This document shows positions 1 to 11,657 of a stretch of 64,000 nucleotides of DNA, piece after piece. This DNA comes from Syncephalis fuscata S228. Its lineage: Eukaryota; Fungi; Zoopagomycota. The position numbers were made by a program, and so were the translations under genes. The stretch lies in contig JAHLTZ010000018.1 of assembly GCA_025786725.1 (NCBI GenBank), positions 186,001 to 250,000 of the forward strand, in the 5' to 3' direction. Numbering within the stretch: the stretch's first letter is position 1; every line of letters begins with the position of its first letter. The notes under the pieces are model-generated. The model made no database searches. It was not told where the DNA came from and saw only the letters and a list, made by a program, of their open reading frames with translations.

Positions 1-1
1 C

Positions 2-238
2 AACAAGACTTTTCAAACTATCCGCCAGCTTGCCATCGACAATCCGAATGTGTGTGGTTTGATACGGCAACACCTAGGTAACACTTATAAGCTACTCAAT
101 TTCATGATAATTGTGCAATTTGAATCAGTAATCAATTTATTATCCAAGGAAATGCATGTGCTCACGGTCAAGGTGCTTAAAATGAATGTACTTCGTAAAG
201 TTCATGTATTTCTACCCATATTCCCTGATCAGTTTTAA
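2..238 (+). CDS. 3' end of a secreted helical protein family member (paralog 0), truncated by the window start
   Basis: Open frame from base 2 (NKTFQTIRQLAIDNPNVCG...KVHVFLPIFPDQF*). The C-terminus matches IHVFIPVFPERF and INTVIPVFPEKL of the two downstream paralogs, with the same 52-residue spacing from the conserved Cys to [IL]P. Confidence 0.8.
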   Translation, partial: NKTFQTIRQLAIDNPNVCGLIRQHLGNTYKLLNFMIIVQFESVINLLSKEMHVLTVKVLKMNVLRKVHVFLPIFPDQF

Positions 239-338
239 TATTTTCTATTTATTATTGCTCATTTATAAAAAATAAATATGTATTTTTATACGAATAGTTC
301 CAATACTTTATTCTAAGTTTTATAGTCGTAATCTATTG

Positions 339-728
339 TTATTCCTCCGGTGAAATAAAACACTGATAGTTATGTGAGATAAAAAAGTCGTGATAATTAT
401 TGTTTTTGTCCAATGCAATAATATAGTTTGCACTTTGCGTATACTCTATTGCTAAACAATCAATCAAGTAAAACTTTTTACTGTCTTTAGCACTGGCTGT
501 GCATCCTAACATGGCATTTCTCCATTTTGTTGTCATAAATAGTTTTTCTTTTCCTTCGAGTATTACAGATTTTCCAATCGAATGCCTTCGACTCATCAAG
601 CTAGCACATGGGTTTGACTTTTGTGATATACTTGGATCAAGTACTATTGCTGCAGAAGCTTGGTCAGTATTGTAAAGCTGAAGCAAAAGAGCACAGCTCA
701 TGACAAGAATGCTGCTAAGACGATTCAT
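339..728 (-). CDS. small secreted Cys-containing protein (candidate effector)
   Basis: 129-aa intronless ORF with a signal-peptide-like N-terminus (MNRLSSILVMSCALLLQLY...ASA) and 4 Cys in the mature part; no recognised domain. Confidence 0.6.
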   Translation of the reverse strand: MNRLSSILVMSCALLLQLYNTDQASAAIVLDPSISQKSNPCASLMSRRHSIGKSVILEGKEKLFMTTKWRNAMLGCTASAKDSKKFYLIDCLAIEYTQSANYIIALDKNNNYHDFFISHNYQCFISPEE

Positions 729-1631
729 ATTTCTAGCAGTGATAATATTCGTAATAATGGTTTAAAAATGAACAGGTTAAAAATGAGCAAATTTTTTTGT
801 AAAGCTATATATATATATACATTCCAACAAATCCATATTAATTAGATGTTATTTTTTACAATCACGCCCAATTTATTTAAGCCGATGACGATTTGAATTG
901 AATTAATTAGGTTGTGTGCTTTACCACTATAACCTTTTATGGCAAAGAGCACGCTAAAGCACGTGTCGGCCATACAAATTGCAACTTGTCAAAAAAAGAA
1001 ATTATAGAGCACATCAATTATTCTTTTGAACAATCTATTCAAAATTGTATATTCGTGCTGCAATGTGTTTGAATATCAAACCAAGCAGCAATAGTTACAC
1101 AATGACCTTACAATGATTGAAATAAAGCTAGAATGCAACTAATTTCATGGTTCAAAATACTGGGTACATTAAGTGAGTAATAAATGTTAGACTCTAGTAT
1201 ATTGCCACAAATTCAATTTATTCACACAATCGCTATTCAAATATGTATACGTACAAAAGATAAACTCCGTCAAATTCTAAATTTAGCAAACGATATACAA
1301 TAAATAATTATTTTGTAGAGCTTAATGATCGACTTGGGCTATACATAATTGGAATTACCAATGTGGTAAAAATTGCACGTTGATGCGCCTTCTAATTCCA
1401 GCAGATTCAAAGTATTATTGAACAGTACAAAACGATTCAATAAAAACACATTTATTCTCTTTTATCTTATCTTTCCATATTGTCGTCGTCAGCAACGTTT
1501 GCAATCCTATATATTGCATAAGTACCCCATACTGTCCTAACAACAAACATCATTCTACACATTATTTCGTTGCGTCTTAGTGCATGCCTGTACTGAGTTG
1601 CTTTTAAACTATTCTAAAGAGATTTAGGATA

Positions 1632-3173
1632 ATGCTCAATTTTAACTTTAGTTTATTTCTATGTATTTTTGTTTTTGTATTCTTTATCGTCTATGCTGTT
1701 GATGCCAGTTCGGACTATACCGAGCAACAAGCTGCTTCTGCTACAGCACATCATATCAAATCATGCACTGCTTTTGAATCCAATCCCAATATGTTGCCAA
1801 ATAAATATCATCGGCTTTATCCACGATTTACAGGCCCACGCCAAAAATACAATCAAATGGTTGGACGTAATCTAGAACCCGCTCGGCCACATCTGGTAAA
1901 GCTGTGCCTACAAGGCCTCAAGTCTGCCAAAAGATCTATCATTAAGAAAGTTCCGGAACTATTAAAGCTGATTCTCATCGATGTGTTAAATGTTACTTCA
2001 CGCTCCAAGGCGTCGAATAAACCTAAAAAAGAGAATAAGGTTAAAGAAGCGTTCAGAAGACAAAAAAGTAAACTAAAGGAAGCATTTTCAAGTATAAGAG
2101 AACATAAGGACAGCGAGGGAGAGCAACCTGAGACAAGTGACCAAAGCGAAATCGCTTTACCCAATACAATAGGAGGATCAAGTATTAAATCTGGATCAAG
2201 CAGGAAAGAATCGCTACAATCTGCTGATAAAGCGTCCACGGTAATGCAATCAACCATATATCCCATCTTGATCACAGTGATATCCAAATCTATCAATTTA
2301 TTTCTTGGACGACTGCAAGAAGATACCACTCAGTCGATAGCTGATAATGCTGCAGAATTAATTCTGTATCGCATTTATCTTAAACTAAGCTGGTCACCGC
2401 AAACAGCTGTTCCTAATGCCGTTGTCGTTACTAATCTAGACTCTGGCCCCGAAGCACGCCGCCTGGAACAACTGCGTGCAGCCATGAGGTCTGGTACGGC
2501 TGTTGCAGTTGATATTGAGCGTCGTTCTGAACCTGGCCCGTCAATACCACTAAGTGATTTAAACACTCATGACCAGCAAACTACAGTACCCGACCAGACC
2601 CGTGCAGCGGCTCCTGTGAGCGGTATACGTGGTGCAATACGAAAAATAGTCGACAAAGCACTAGACAAACTAATGAATTGGCTTTACAAAGATATCGATA
2701 TAATTATTGATGGCACATTTCGCGCATCAGTTGAAGATATTCTAAGAACAGTACATTCAGGAGTCATGGACATTACTGAGGATCATCTTACGTTTTGTGA
2801 ACGTATCATCAGACCCTCTTATACTCTAAAATGGACTAAACAAATGATCGGTATGGGCTTTAAAATCATGAGCTGGCCAGGCGAAAAGGTGCTTGATTGG
2901 TGGGAGAGCTATAGAAAGCTTGCCACCGATAGCACAGCAGCAACATCAATCGCCAAAGAGCAAGTTGATTCCGCCTATACGTGCAGCCAAGTCAACAGTT
3001 GGATGGGTACCATATCCACCAATCTGCAGTCTTCCATGTCCTACCAGCTGAATAAGGTTTTGGATGGCATTATTGCAGATGTTCAACGAAAGGCGCGCAA
3101 AAGTTCTCGACGCTTTTTTGAGCGTAAAATCCATGTGTTTATTCCTGTTTTTCCCGAGCGTTTCTCTGGATAA
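1632..3173 (+). CDS. secreted alpha-helical protein, unknown family (paralog 1)
   Basis: 513-aa intronless ORF with a hydrophobic signal peptide ending VDA-S; shares PRxKYNQM, LSW, WPGEK and IPVFPE motifs with 4151-5714. Confidence 0.85.
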   Translation: MLNFNFSLFLCIFVFVFFIVYAVDASSDYTEQQAASATAHHIKSCTAFESNPNMLPNKYHRLYPRFTGPRQKYNQMVGRNLEPARPHLVKLCLQGLKSAKRSIIKKVPELLKLILIDVLNVTSRSKASNKPKKENKVKEAFRRQKSKLKEAFSSIREHKDSEGEQPETSDQSEIALPNTIGGSSIKSGSSRKESLQSADKASTVMQSTIYPILITVISKSINLFLGRLQEDTTQSIADNAAELILYRIYLKLSWSPQTAVPNAVVVTNLDSGPEARRLEQLRAAMRSGTAVAVDIERRSEPGPSIPLSDLNTHDQQTTVPDQTRAAAPVSGIRGAIRKIVDKALDKLMNWLYKDIDIIIDGTFRASVEDILRTVHSGVMDITEDHLTFCERIIRPSYTLKWTKQMIGMGFKIMSWPGEKVLDWWESYRKLATDSTAATSIAKEQVDSAYTCSQVNSWMGTISTNLQSSMSYQLNKVLDGIIADVQRKARKSSRRFFERKIHVFIPVFPERFSG

Positions 3174-4150
3174 ATACACAGGTATGGATTCAAGGACTAT
3201 GCTATTCTTAAGTAGTTTACAACACTAAATATTTTATTCAATTGCTTCAAGCCCTCCACGCACCTTTAACCACATTTACGCATAAATTGTGTAATTAATA
3301 ATGACATTCCAATTGACAAAATAAAACAATTAATAAATAATATTTGCGTGAAAATAGAAGTAAAAAGATAGCTAATTTTATCTTTTAATAAAGCTAATCA
3401 GTTATATAGCTAATGGCTATGTAGATGAAAATTGGTGTCGAGAATATAAATAAAAAGTATTTATTGTGAATGTAAAAAAGCGAAAAGAACCGAATAATTT
3501 GTAGCACCGCATTTGGTAATACAAATCTGTAATACTCAATCGCAACGTTTTAGTTTAGCCATAAAGCGACACAACTAGAGGCGACTGTTTCAAAAACACA
3601 ATAGTCCAATGTTTGATTCACGTGTACGTTACTGTTTACATACAGATTATATCACATTGTCATTTACTAATGATGGGTCCTGCTGCGACTAGTAAACATT
3701 TAGGCACGTATTCTGTATATCTCGAGGTAACTACATCGCGATTTACGTCGACACAGTGTTTTATACACAGGAAACTGGCAAAAGTGCCTATTAGTTTCAT
3801 TTTCCAAACAGCAAATCATCATTATTACTAAATTTAGTAATTGTTATTTCATGGAGTTGGCAAAGATTGGAACGCTGTTGTATGTTGTCAAAAAGGCATT
3901 TTTAGAAACAAATTCATGTGCTTTATAGAACGGAAAAGAAATAAATACAACAATCGCCTGAACGACTATCAAATAGCTCATTATACCTACATTTGAAGCG
4001 CCGTCATCACGTTATCTCCAGTCACTATTCACTTCTTCCAAAAAATCACCAAAACAAGTTATTGCTTTGCTAATAATATCTTTTTATCGTTAAAATACGA
4101 CGTACTATTTTACACACACAAGCTGTGTTTTACATATTAGTTTAACTAAT

Positions 4151-5714
4151 ATGAAGCTTACATCTCATATTGCCTATTTGGCTGCTTTTTCGGTCATTCT
4201 AATTTTCACACTAGCATTGCCTGTTTACTCTATCGACACAAGCAGTGTTGCAAAATTAAATGGAAAAGAATCTCAGGAACTGCCTGTAAAGCGACTGGAT
4301 CGCCGCGGCTTCATCTCAAGATTGCTAAATAGACCACGTACCAAATATAACCAAATGATTGAACAGCTGGTAGAGCGCATCCGCAATCCACTTACGAATC
4401 AAATATTCAATTCGGTGAATGATTTTAGCATTAAACTTTCAAACCAACTTCCTAGCGCATTGCAAGGTATACTTACGACAACACTAGTTGCAAGTCCAGG
4501 GTCTGCTTCTGCAACTACACCAGTTGCACCTACTCCAAAGTCTGTGCCACAAAAGCCAGCCGTCCAACCAAACACACCAGCGGTACCACCGGTTCAAGGT
4601 TTTAGAAGACTGTGGTCCCGCGGGGTGTCGTCTATGCCTGGTGCATGGCCTGAATCGCCTGTCGATAGCAGTCCTATTCCAGACACAACAGTCCCCAGTA
4701 GTGCTGATTCAGCAGGAAAGCCACCAAAAATCAATGCGCAGCCAAATACTTCTAACGCACCCCAAATAAAGCCAAGCGATTCGTCCGCTGCAGGAAGTGT
4801 ATTATCAAGCAAACAAAGAATATATAACACATTAAATGGCGTACTTGGTAAAATCATTAATCCTGTAGTTTCACGCTGGCTTGAAGAAGTAAAGACATTT
4901 GTAACCAAGCATGTTTCAACCAATATTCTTATCCGTTTGAAGCAACGTCTTTCTTGGAAAACATCAAGCAAGCACCAGAGGCTGTTGTTGTTTCTGGCCT
5001 TGATAATAGCCAGGATGGACGCGCGCTGGAAGCCGTCAAACCGAACTGAATGGTCAAACGCCAGCTACTCAGCCACCAAATCAGCATCGCATGCGTCGTG
5101 CCGATACTCAATTACCAGGAGCAGCGAATGGAAGCGCCACTTCTCAAACACAAGCCAAAAGCTCACGTATCCGTAGTATTTTGGGCGGTATTGCCAATCG
5201 CTCTTTGTCCAAGGTCTGCTTATGGATTAAACCCGATGTCAACGCCATTACTGAAGGTGTTATTCGCTCAGCCTTAGAGGATATGTATGCCGCACTCTAC
5301 AACAGTATTATTGGTGCTATTAAGACAATTACAACTTGCTTACAGCTTCCAGAAATACAATTTGTGCGCAAACTTGCTAGTAATGTAGTGGAAACTGGCA
5401 CTGCGGCAATTATGTGGCCTGGTGAGAAACTGGCCGAGTGGCGACGCAGACAATTAGGAGCCACCATCAGTCCTGTAGTCTTGCAAAGTGTTAAGCAAGA
5501 TATGGCCAATGTACCTGATACTTGTAGCAGCATTGCTATGCAAATGAACCAACACAAACAAGATATTTTAGCAAAAATACATAATATTGTTGACCCAGTT
5601 GTGCCCAGCTTAATTAAAGTGGTACAGCACATTACCAACACCAATGTATGTAAGACGTTTGCCACGCAGATTAACACTGTTATACCGGTATTTCCTGAAA
5701 AACTTCCCGCGTAA
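4151..5714 (+). CDS. secreted alpha-helical protein, unknown family (paralog 2); two apparent 1-nt frameshifts
   Basis: Signal peptide, KRLDRR, PRTKYNQM. Adding one A in the A-runs near 4960 and 5040 restores LSWKNIKQAPEAVVVSGLDNSQDGRALEAVKTELNG, which aligns with LSWSPQTAVPNAVVVTNLDSGPEARRLEQL of paralog 1 and joins ORF 5091-5714 (WPGEK, IPVFPEKLPA). Confidence 0.8.
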
Positions 5715-6120
5715 TAGACATTTTAATAAATATTGATATGATCTAATAGCATTTTGCTATATAAAATTAAGATTTTTAAACTGCATTATCATTAGTTGCA
5801 ATTATTATGCAAACAACAATATGTAACAAACCGTTGATATTGTAAACGTGTACTATTATTGTGGACAAATACTAATTAAATATGTAGAGATTTTACCAAA
5901 CGTTTTTGTTAGACTAAATCGTTACTAAATATACACAGATTGATAAGCATTATTTTATGCATGTCATTTTATTTTACAATTAAATACACAGAACAATATA
6001 TACATATATAGTATTAAATAAAATAGTATCAATTTAAGCATGTAATCCACAGTGGGTCAAATGCCTGGCGATAATCATATTAAAGCACAAAATAGCAATT
6101 ATTTTAATTAAACAAATATA

Positions 6121-7263
6121 TTAACAAAAAACACCGTCGTCGGCAACTTCAAAAACAAACGAATCGCCCGTAACTTTACCATGCCGTGTAAGTAAACGTG
6201 CTTCAAACTGTGTACATGACAATAACATTCCCATAGAGCTTGGCACCTCGTCAGACGATAGAAGCGATTCAATAGTTTCAGTAGTATTTGTACTTGTAGT
6301 TGTGCGTTCAAGAAGAAATAACCAAGTAACGGGTATATCACGCCACCATCCAGGCCAAGCATCCATAGCGCTAACCAATCTAAATGAATCACCACGCGTT
6401 GGCGTTAGACTGTTTCCATAGCCAAGCCGTCGTTTAACCCAACGACGACTACTAGCAAATACGGCTAAGCTCCAATCAGTGGCAAGTCGTTTAAATTGGT
6501 CACGTATGGCCCGCGTCTCAACTGATTGCTCACCACCACCTGATCCAGCGGCCGTTTTGTCACGCCAATAAAACGCATTCACCGGATCAACTAAAAGTGC
6601 GCCATAATCAAGCGCAGTTTCTTGACGTAATCGATGTGGTAAGTCGTGCAATAATGCAAGCAGCTGTCCCGGCCCATTAACGCGACTCACCAAAATGTGA
6701 TCCAGTGTTTTTTGAATAAATTCTTGACGTGCGCCTTTATAATCAACTAAATTATCGTAAGTATTTTCGTTATTGTTAGAAGTTGCTGTTATTAGTTCGG
6801 CGACTTCAAGACAGCGATCAAAATGCTGTCCTGCCAACAATTCGACACGACGCAAATCAAATTCTTGATGCATATCTATAAATATAGCCCCTTGGCCTCG
6901 ACCGCCTATCTCGATAGCTTGCAAGTTAGACGTTGCTGTTGCTGTTGCTTCTTTAGCATTAGCGTCTAGCGGTGACTTTATGGCAACTGCGAATGTAGCC
7001 GGTAAAGCATAGACCAAGGCAATAAATAACAGCAGTTGAGATTTACCGGAATCTGGGCCGCCATGAAATAATAACACAGGAAATGGGATGCTTTGTTCCT
7101 GTTCATGGCTATCTGGCGCAGTATCGGCCAGTAATCGTGCCAGTAGCTGATCTAGCATTGGCAAATGCAAGGGCAACAAGCAATCTTTCCAGGTATGTAC
7201 ACGCGAGTATATATCAAGTGCCGATTCATCTGAAATTGCCGTTAGTAGCTCATTAACCGACAT
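6121..7263 (-). CDS. XRCC2: XRCC2-like RAD51 paralog (DNA repair ATPase)
   Basis: Walker A GGPDSGKS, a FIDM strand, and Walker B region LLVDPVNAFYWRD typical of XRCC2; C-terminal FEVADDGV. Likely start MSVNELL at 7263. Confidence 0.8.
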   Translation of the reverse strand: MSVNELLTAISDESALDIYSRVHTWKDCLLPLHLPMLDQLLARLLADTAPDSHEQEQSIPFPVLLFHGGPDSGKSQLLLFIALVYALPATFAVAIKSPLDANAKEATATATSNLQAIEIGGRGQGAIFIDMHQEFDLRRVELLAGQHFDRCLEVAELITATSNNNENTYDNLVDYKGARQEFIQKTLDHILVSRVNGPGQLLALLHDLPHRLRQETALDYGALLVDPVNAFYWRDKTAAGSGGGEQSVETRAIRDQFKRLATDWSLAVFASSRRWVKRRLGYGNSLTPTRGDSFRLVSAMDAWPGWWRDIPVTWLFLLERTTTSTNTTETIESLLSSDEVPSSMGMLLSCTQFEARLLTRHGKVTGDSFVFEVADDGVFC

Positions 7264-7529
7264 TGAATATGAAAATTGAAATAAAATACGTAGAAATGGT
7301 AGTGATTTACTACTTTGACGACTAGCAATTGATTGTTTGATATAAAGCATAGATTACAGACAATAGATTGATAGAATGAAATGGTTCATTATTTTAATTA
7401 TTTCAAACATTTTCAGACTGATTACAGATAAAAATATTTATCAGAATGTACGTTAGAAACACACAATAGTCGGTAGGAGCCCATTTAATTTAGTAAGGTA
7501 TAGTAATAATTGGTAAATTAAAATGCCAG

Positions 7530-8345
7530 GTTTTAAGTATAGATTAGTAGAATGTATTGCAAAAATGCACTGTAATAATCTATTACAAACGCCGGCATCA
7601 GTCATAGTACTAGACCAGAAAAGTAGGGCAAAGATGAGAAGAACAATATAACACTGTACAAATATTAATACTTGGAAAAAATACTAACGGTTGAAATTGC
7701 TCAAGTGGTAGAAAAAAGCAAAGACGATCGATGGAGAGGTAGCAATAAATATAGCCGACCCAGTCATCTTGTGGCTATATTCTGTCAAAGTCATTGTATA
7801 CTTTGTTTTACTATAGATCTGCAGTGGCCTATAACAAAAAACAAAGTATACAACGAGATTTCAACAACATATATTCAACGTAACACACAAATAAGTCAAA
7901 ATGAATTTACTATGCTAATAAAGTCAAAATGATCGAAGTGAAGAAAGTGATTTGCAAAAAAGGTTAGATTACAAAAGAGCAATGCAAGTACATAGTGTAA
8001 ATAGTGTTTGTACTTGACTAGTAGTCAGTCAACTACTGATACTATTTAGATGGTATATATGGAGTGTACAAATATATACAATGGATATATGCTGTCAAGT
8101 GTAAAGAAAAAGAAAAGGAAATGTGATGACGTAGATTGTGAGATTTGAGCCTGTCAGTCAATATTTATAAACAAAAGAGTTTGACTTATTAATAAATGGA
8201 GTGTAAATAATAAAAGTCGATCTACCCAACATGTCTCTACATCATAGAACAGATTAATAGTAAATGAATAAAGGTTATTTAACACAAAAAACACTCATTA
8301 TTATAAAATATGTTCATCAATATAATAGCGAATGTATTAAAAATA
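7530..8345. repeat. dispersed repeat family A, copy 1
   Basis: Aligns by eye with 13920-14810 and 22160-22532 (shared AGATTACAAAAGAGCAATGCAAGTA...CTAGTAGTCAGT.AACTACTGA...GACGTAGATT); its left end matches the reverse complement of 47700-47756. Confidence 0.8.
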
Positions 8346-8431
8346 GACGTTTTATTATTTTAAACTCGTGTGGTCATAAAACACGCTTATTATTAAATTC
8401 GTTTGTTGCAAATTATTATTGCAAATAATAT

Positions 8432-11377
8432 TCATAAATTGATATTCTTAATTGCCGCTTCGGTGATTTGAGAGATAAGCTCTAATACAATACTGCCCAA
8501 TGTGCCGCAGGTCATGAATACCAAGCTAACTTGGCATATGACTCTGGGCCGCCACATTTCAGAGAATGCTCGGAAAGGCGGCAATACCGATGGAGGAAAG
8601 CGGGGCGATGCTATTGTTGAAGGCATAGGTGACGCCAGAGGCGATTCCATGCCATTAGCCGACTGGCCGTTATGGCCATACCAAGAAAGTGTGCGACGAA
8701 TCGAGTCCATACTTTGACGTATATTGGAACGAATGTTATTACTATTGGAGAACAATTCGGTGGGCGACAATGCTGGCCTATACAAATGCTGCGCACTCGG
8801 TATAGTCTTTAAATCATTCATCGATTTTGCGTGTGGACGACGAATCTCTGTTGGCGATAACATGCCATCCCCACTGGGGATGAAGGCCGACATTGCTTCC
8901 GCCAACTCTCTTTGGCTGAGGTTATGCACTTCAGGGGCAGAAGTGCGTCGATCCCGTGTTCTAACAGCAGCATCAGCAGCAGTAGTAGCTGTTGAGGAAT
9001 GCAGTATAGTTTCTTCCATATTACGCTCAACAGTCATGTCCCAGTCTGGTAGCGTTTGCGGTGATGTTGGCACTGACAAATGATGGCTTGATACAGGTGA
9101 GACAATGTTGAACGTAAGTCCATCGCCGCCGCTGCCATTATTCTTCAATGGTACAGAGGATGGTTGATGGTTTGCTTTGTTTTCCGCATTTGAATCATTG
9201 CTGCTTAATGACTCAATGTCAGCTGGTGTAATCGACGTATTGGACAATATAACTGCTGAATGTCCATTATCCTCCAATAAAGTGATCTTTGGTGTTGGTG
9301 GCATATCCGGCATATCTTCGCCAGCTTCGTCAACCTCTAACGGAGTCGGCAATAAATTAGACGCCATTGGATTGTTAAGTGATAAACGTGCTGGTATCTT
9401 CTTTGTTTTTGGAAGATGAGCAGGTGGTGCAAGTTCTGAATCAGGACAGTTATTGATCTGTACAGTGGGTATTTTTACTGCATTTATGTTAGTTACATGA
9501 ATAGCTAGTGTTATTATTTCAACTTACTTGAAGATGGTCGATGTACTGGACGCACTGATTTAAATCGTCGGTACAATAGATACATTACAAATGGTAGAAT
9601 AAAATTGACAGCTGATGTAAAGAATAGACTGGCCAAGTTCATTAATGTCATAATTAGATCGCCACTTTGGAATGGAATGGCCACAATCCATGGCAAAACA
9701 CCTGATAGAAAACCGGCCATAGCTAAACGGGAATAGGTGTGCATTAGTATTAAGCGAAACTATTGATGAATAGTATACTAACCTGGTCGAACTAATTCAG
9801 CATGGATTAAATTGTAGCGCACTACAATAGTAAATACTGGAATTGAAGTAATCAGCACAGCAATGGGGAATACATAGGATGAGATACGGATAAACATATT
9901 ATTGGGCAAAGCAGCTTCTAGAGCGCTTAGAATATCGCCTTGAGCTGGCAAATCTATGGCCATTGATCCTATAAATAAACAATTAGTATCATATACATAT
10001 ATATTGTTAAATGTATTACCAAGTACACCGAGCAGGATATAAAGTACAGTCGAAATACCAATTGACCACCAAATAGACTTTTTAGTTGATACTGTTGATT
10101 TCTACAAGATATAATAAAGGTTAATGCTTAGTATGGCTATTAATATACAAATATATTTTTTATTACCTTAGAATTAATCCAGGATGGCACAGTAGTGATA
10201 AATGCATAATTGAACAGTACAGTGCCTATCACTTGACCAAGATTTGAAGTGACCGCTGGTAGTCGTTCTGCAGATAGACCAAGTTCGCAGAAAGTGACCA
10301 TCCAACCAACAGTAATGACAATAAGACCACCCATGGATACTGATTGTTTACTGGTTAGTATATGAAACGTTATAGCTATTCTGTCACTTACGGATTTGAA
10401 CAATGGCATTATCAACAAGACGTAAAAAGCCCAATGGACCCACAATGCCTACAGCAATCTAAAGTAAATAAACAAATAGATTAATATTAGTACAGTTTAT
10501 ACATATAATTTAATTCAATTACCAGTAATCCAAAGGTGAAAAGCATATAAGCATCATTAAACGGTGAAGCATTGGCTGAAACAGTTTCGCCCATAGTTTG
10601 CATATCAACGCACAGCCATTGAACTTTTGGATAAATAGAAAGGCCACAGGTACGGCCAGCCAATGTAAGAATCATTCGATCCATACTCTGTAATAAAGTT
10701 AGTATCTTCTATTGTATTGATGGTCTATACACTCACCTGGATCGATAGAATGATGGAAGCAACATTAACGGTTTGTAGTGACAAGAATAGCCATATGTGT
10801 AGGGGTATACGCCACCGTTTGCTGAGAAAGGATTCGGCCAGCGATCCAAATTCAATTTGTTCCTATAGAGCATGTGTATGGTTAGTAATTTACACTTGAT
10901 TGTATACAATCACTTACATCAGGATGTCGACGTCTTGATTGATAAGACAAAACTTCACATACAAAAGATGAGGAAACTCCACTTAATATAGCAACAATAA
11001 TGAATGCCAGTGTTGGGCTATAATAATGCGATGTAGCAAGTAGCAATTATAAACGTATTGCATTAGGTAGCCAATAGAGTTAGTTATTTGTTGATAAAGG
11101 CCTATAATTTACTTACAAAAACCAGCCAGCATTCTGATACAGCAAAGGAATAGTGACAAGTCCTATTGTGGCACAGAAAGACGATAGAAACGTTAATATG
11201 TTAGTTGAAGCACGCCCAAAGCAACAAACAATACTTACCAGGACCGGTCATACTACCGACGAGTAGACTAACTCCGCCGGTAAACGTAAGACCTCCTTCG
11301 CTATCACCGTCCTGTTCGGTGGAGCTATTGCCGCCCAGCCATGAAGGCAAGTACTGACGTACGTTAGAAAAAACCAT
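8432..11377 (-). CDS. AAAP/Aa_trans family amino-acid transporter, multi-exon, with a long low-complexity loop before the last TM
   Basis: Spliced exons give GVSLLVGSMTGPG-LVTIPLLYQNAGWF, GTVLFNYAFITTVPSWIN, TSIPVFTIVVRYNL and FTSAVNFILP; many TM segments; GT-AG introns. Confidence 0.8.
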
Positions 11378-11657
11378 AACTACGTAAAATAGGAATGCAA
11401 GAAGAATGCAAGAATGGAAGAAAACCAAAAAAGAACCAAATTTCTAATGTAGTATTTTTAAGTGGAGTTAAAATCGTGGAGGCAATGTTGTTTATAATTA
11501 AAGATAAGTATCTGCCACAAATGTTGCTATTTTTACGGGCTATAAATACGGCAAAGAAACTCGATGGTCGTGTGTGTGTATCATGTGTCCGTGTATGTAA
11601 TACCGGTTATAAATTCATCATCTCATTGGCATGAATAATACACTTTGAAACTTAATC

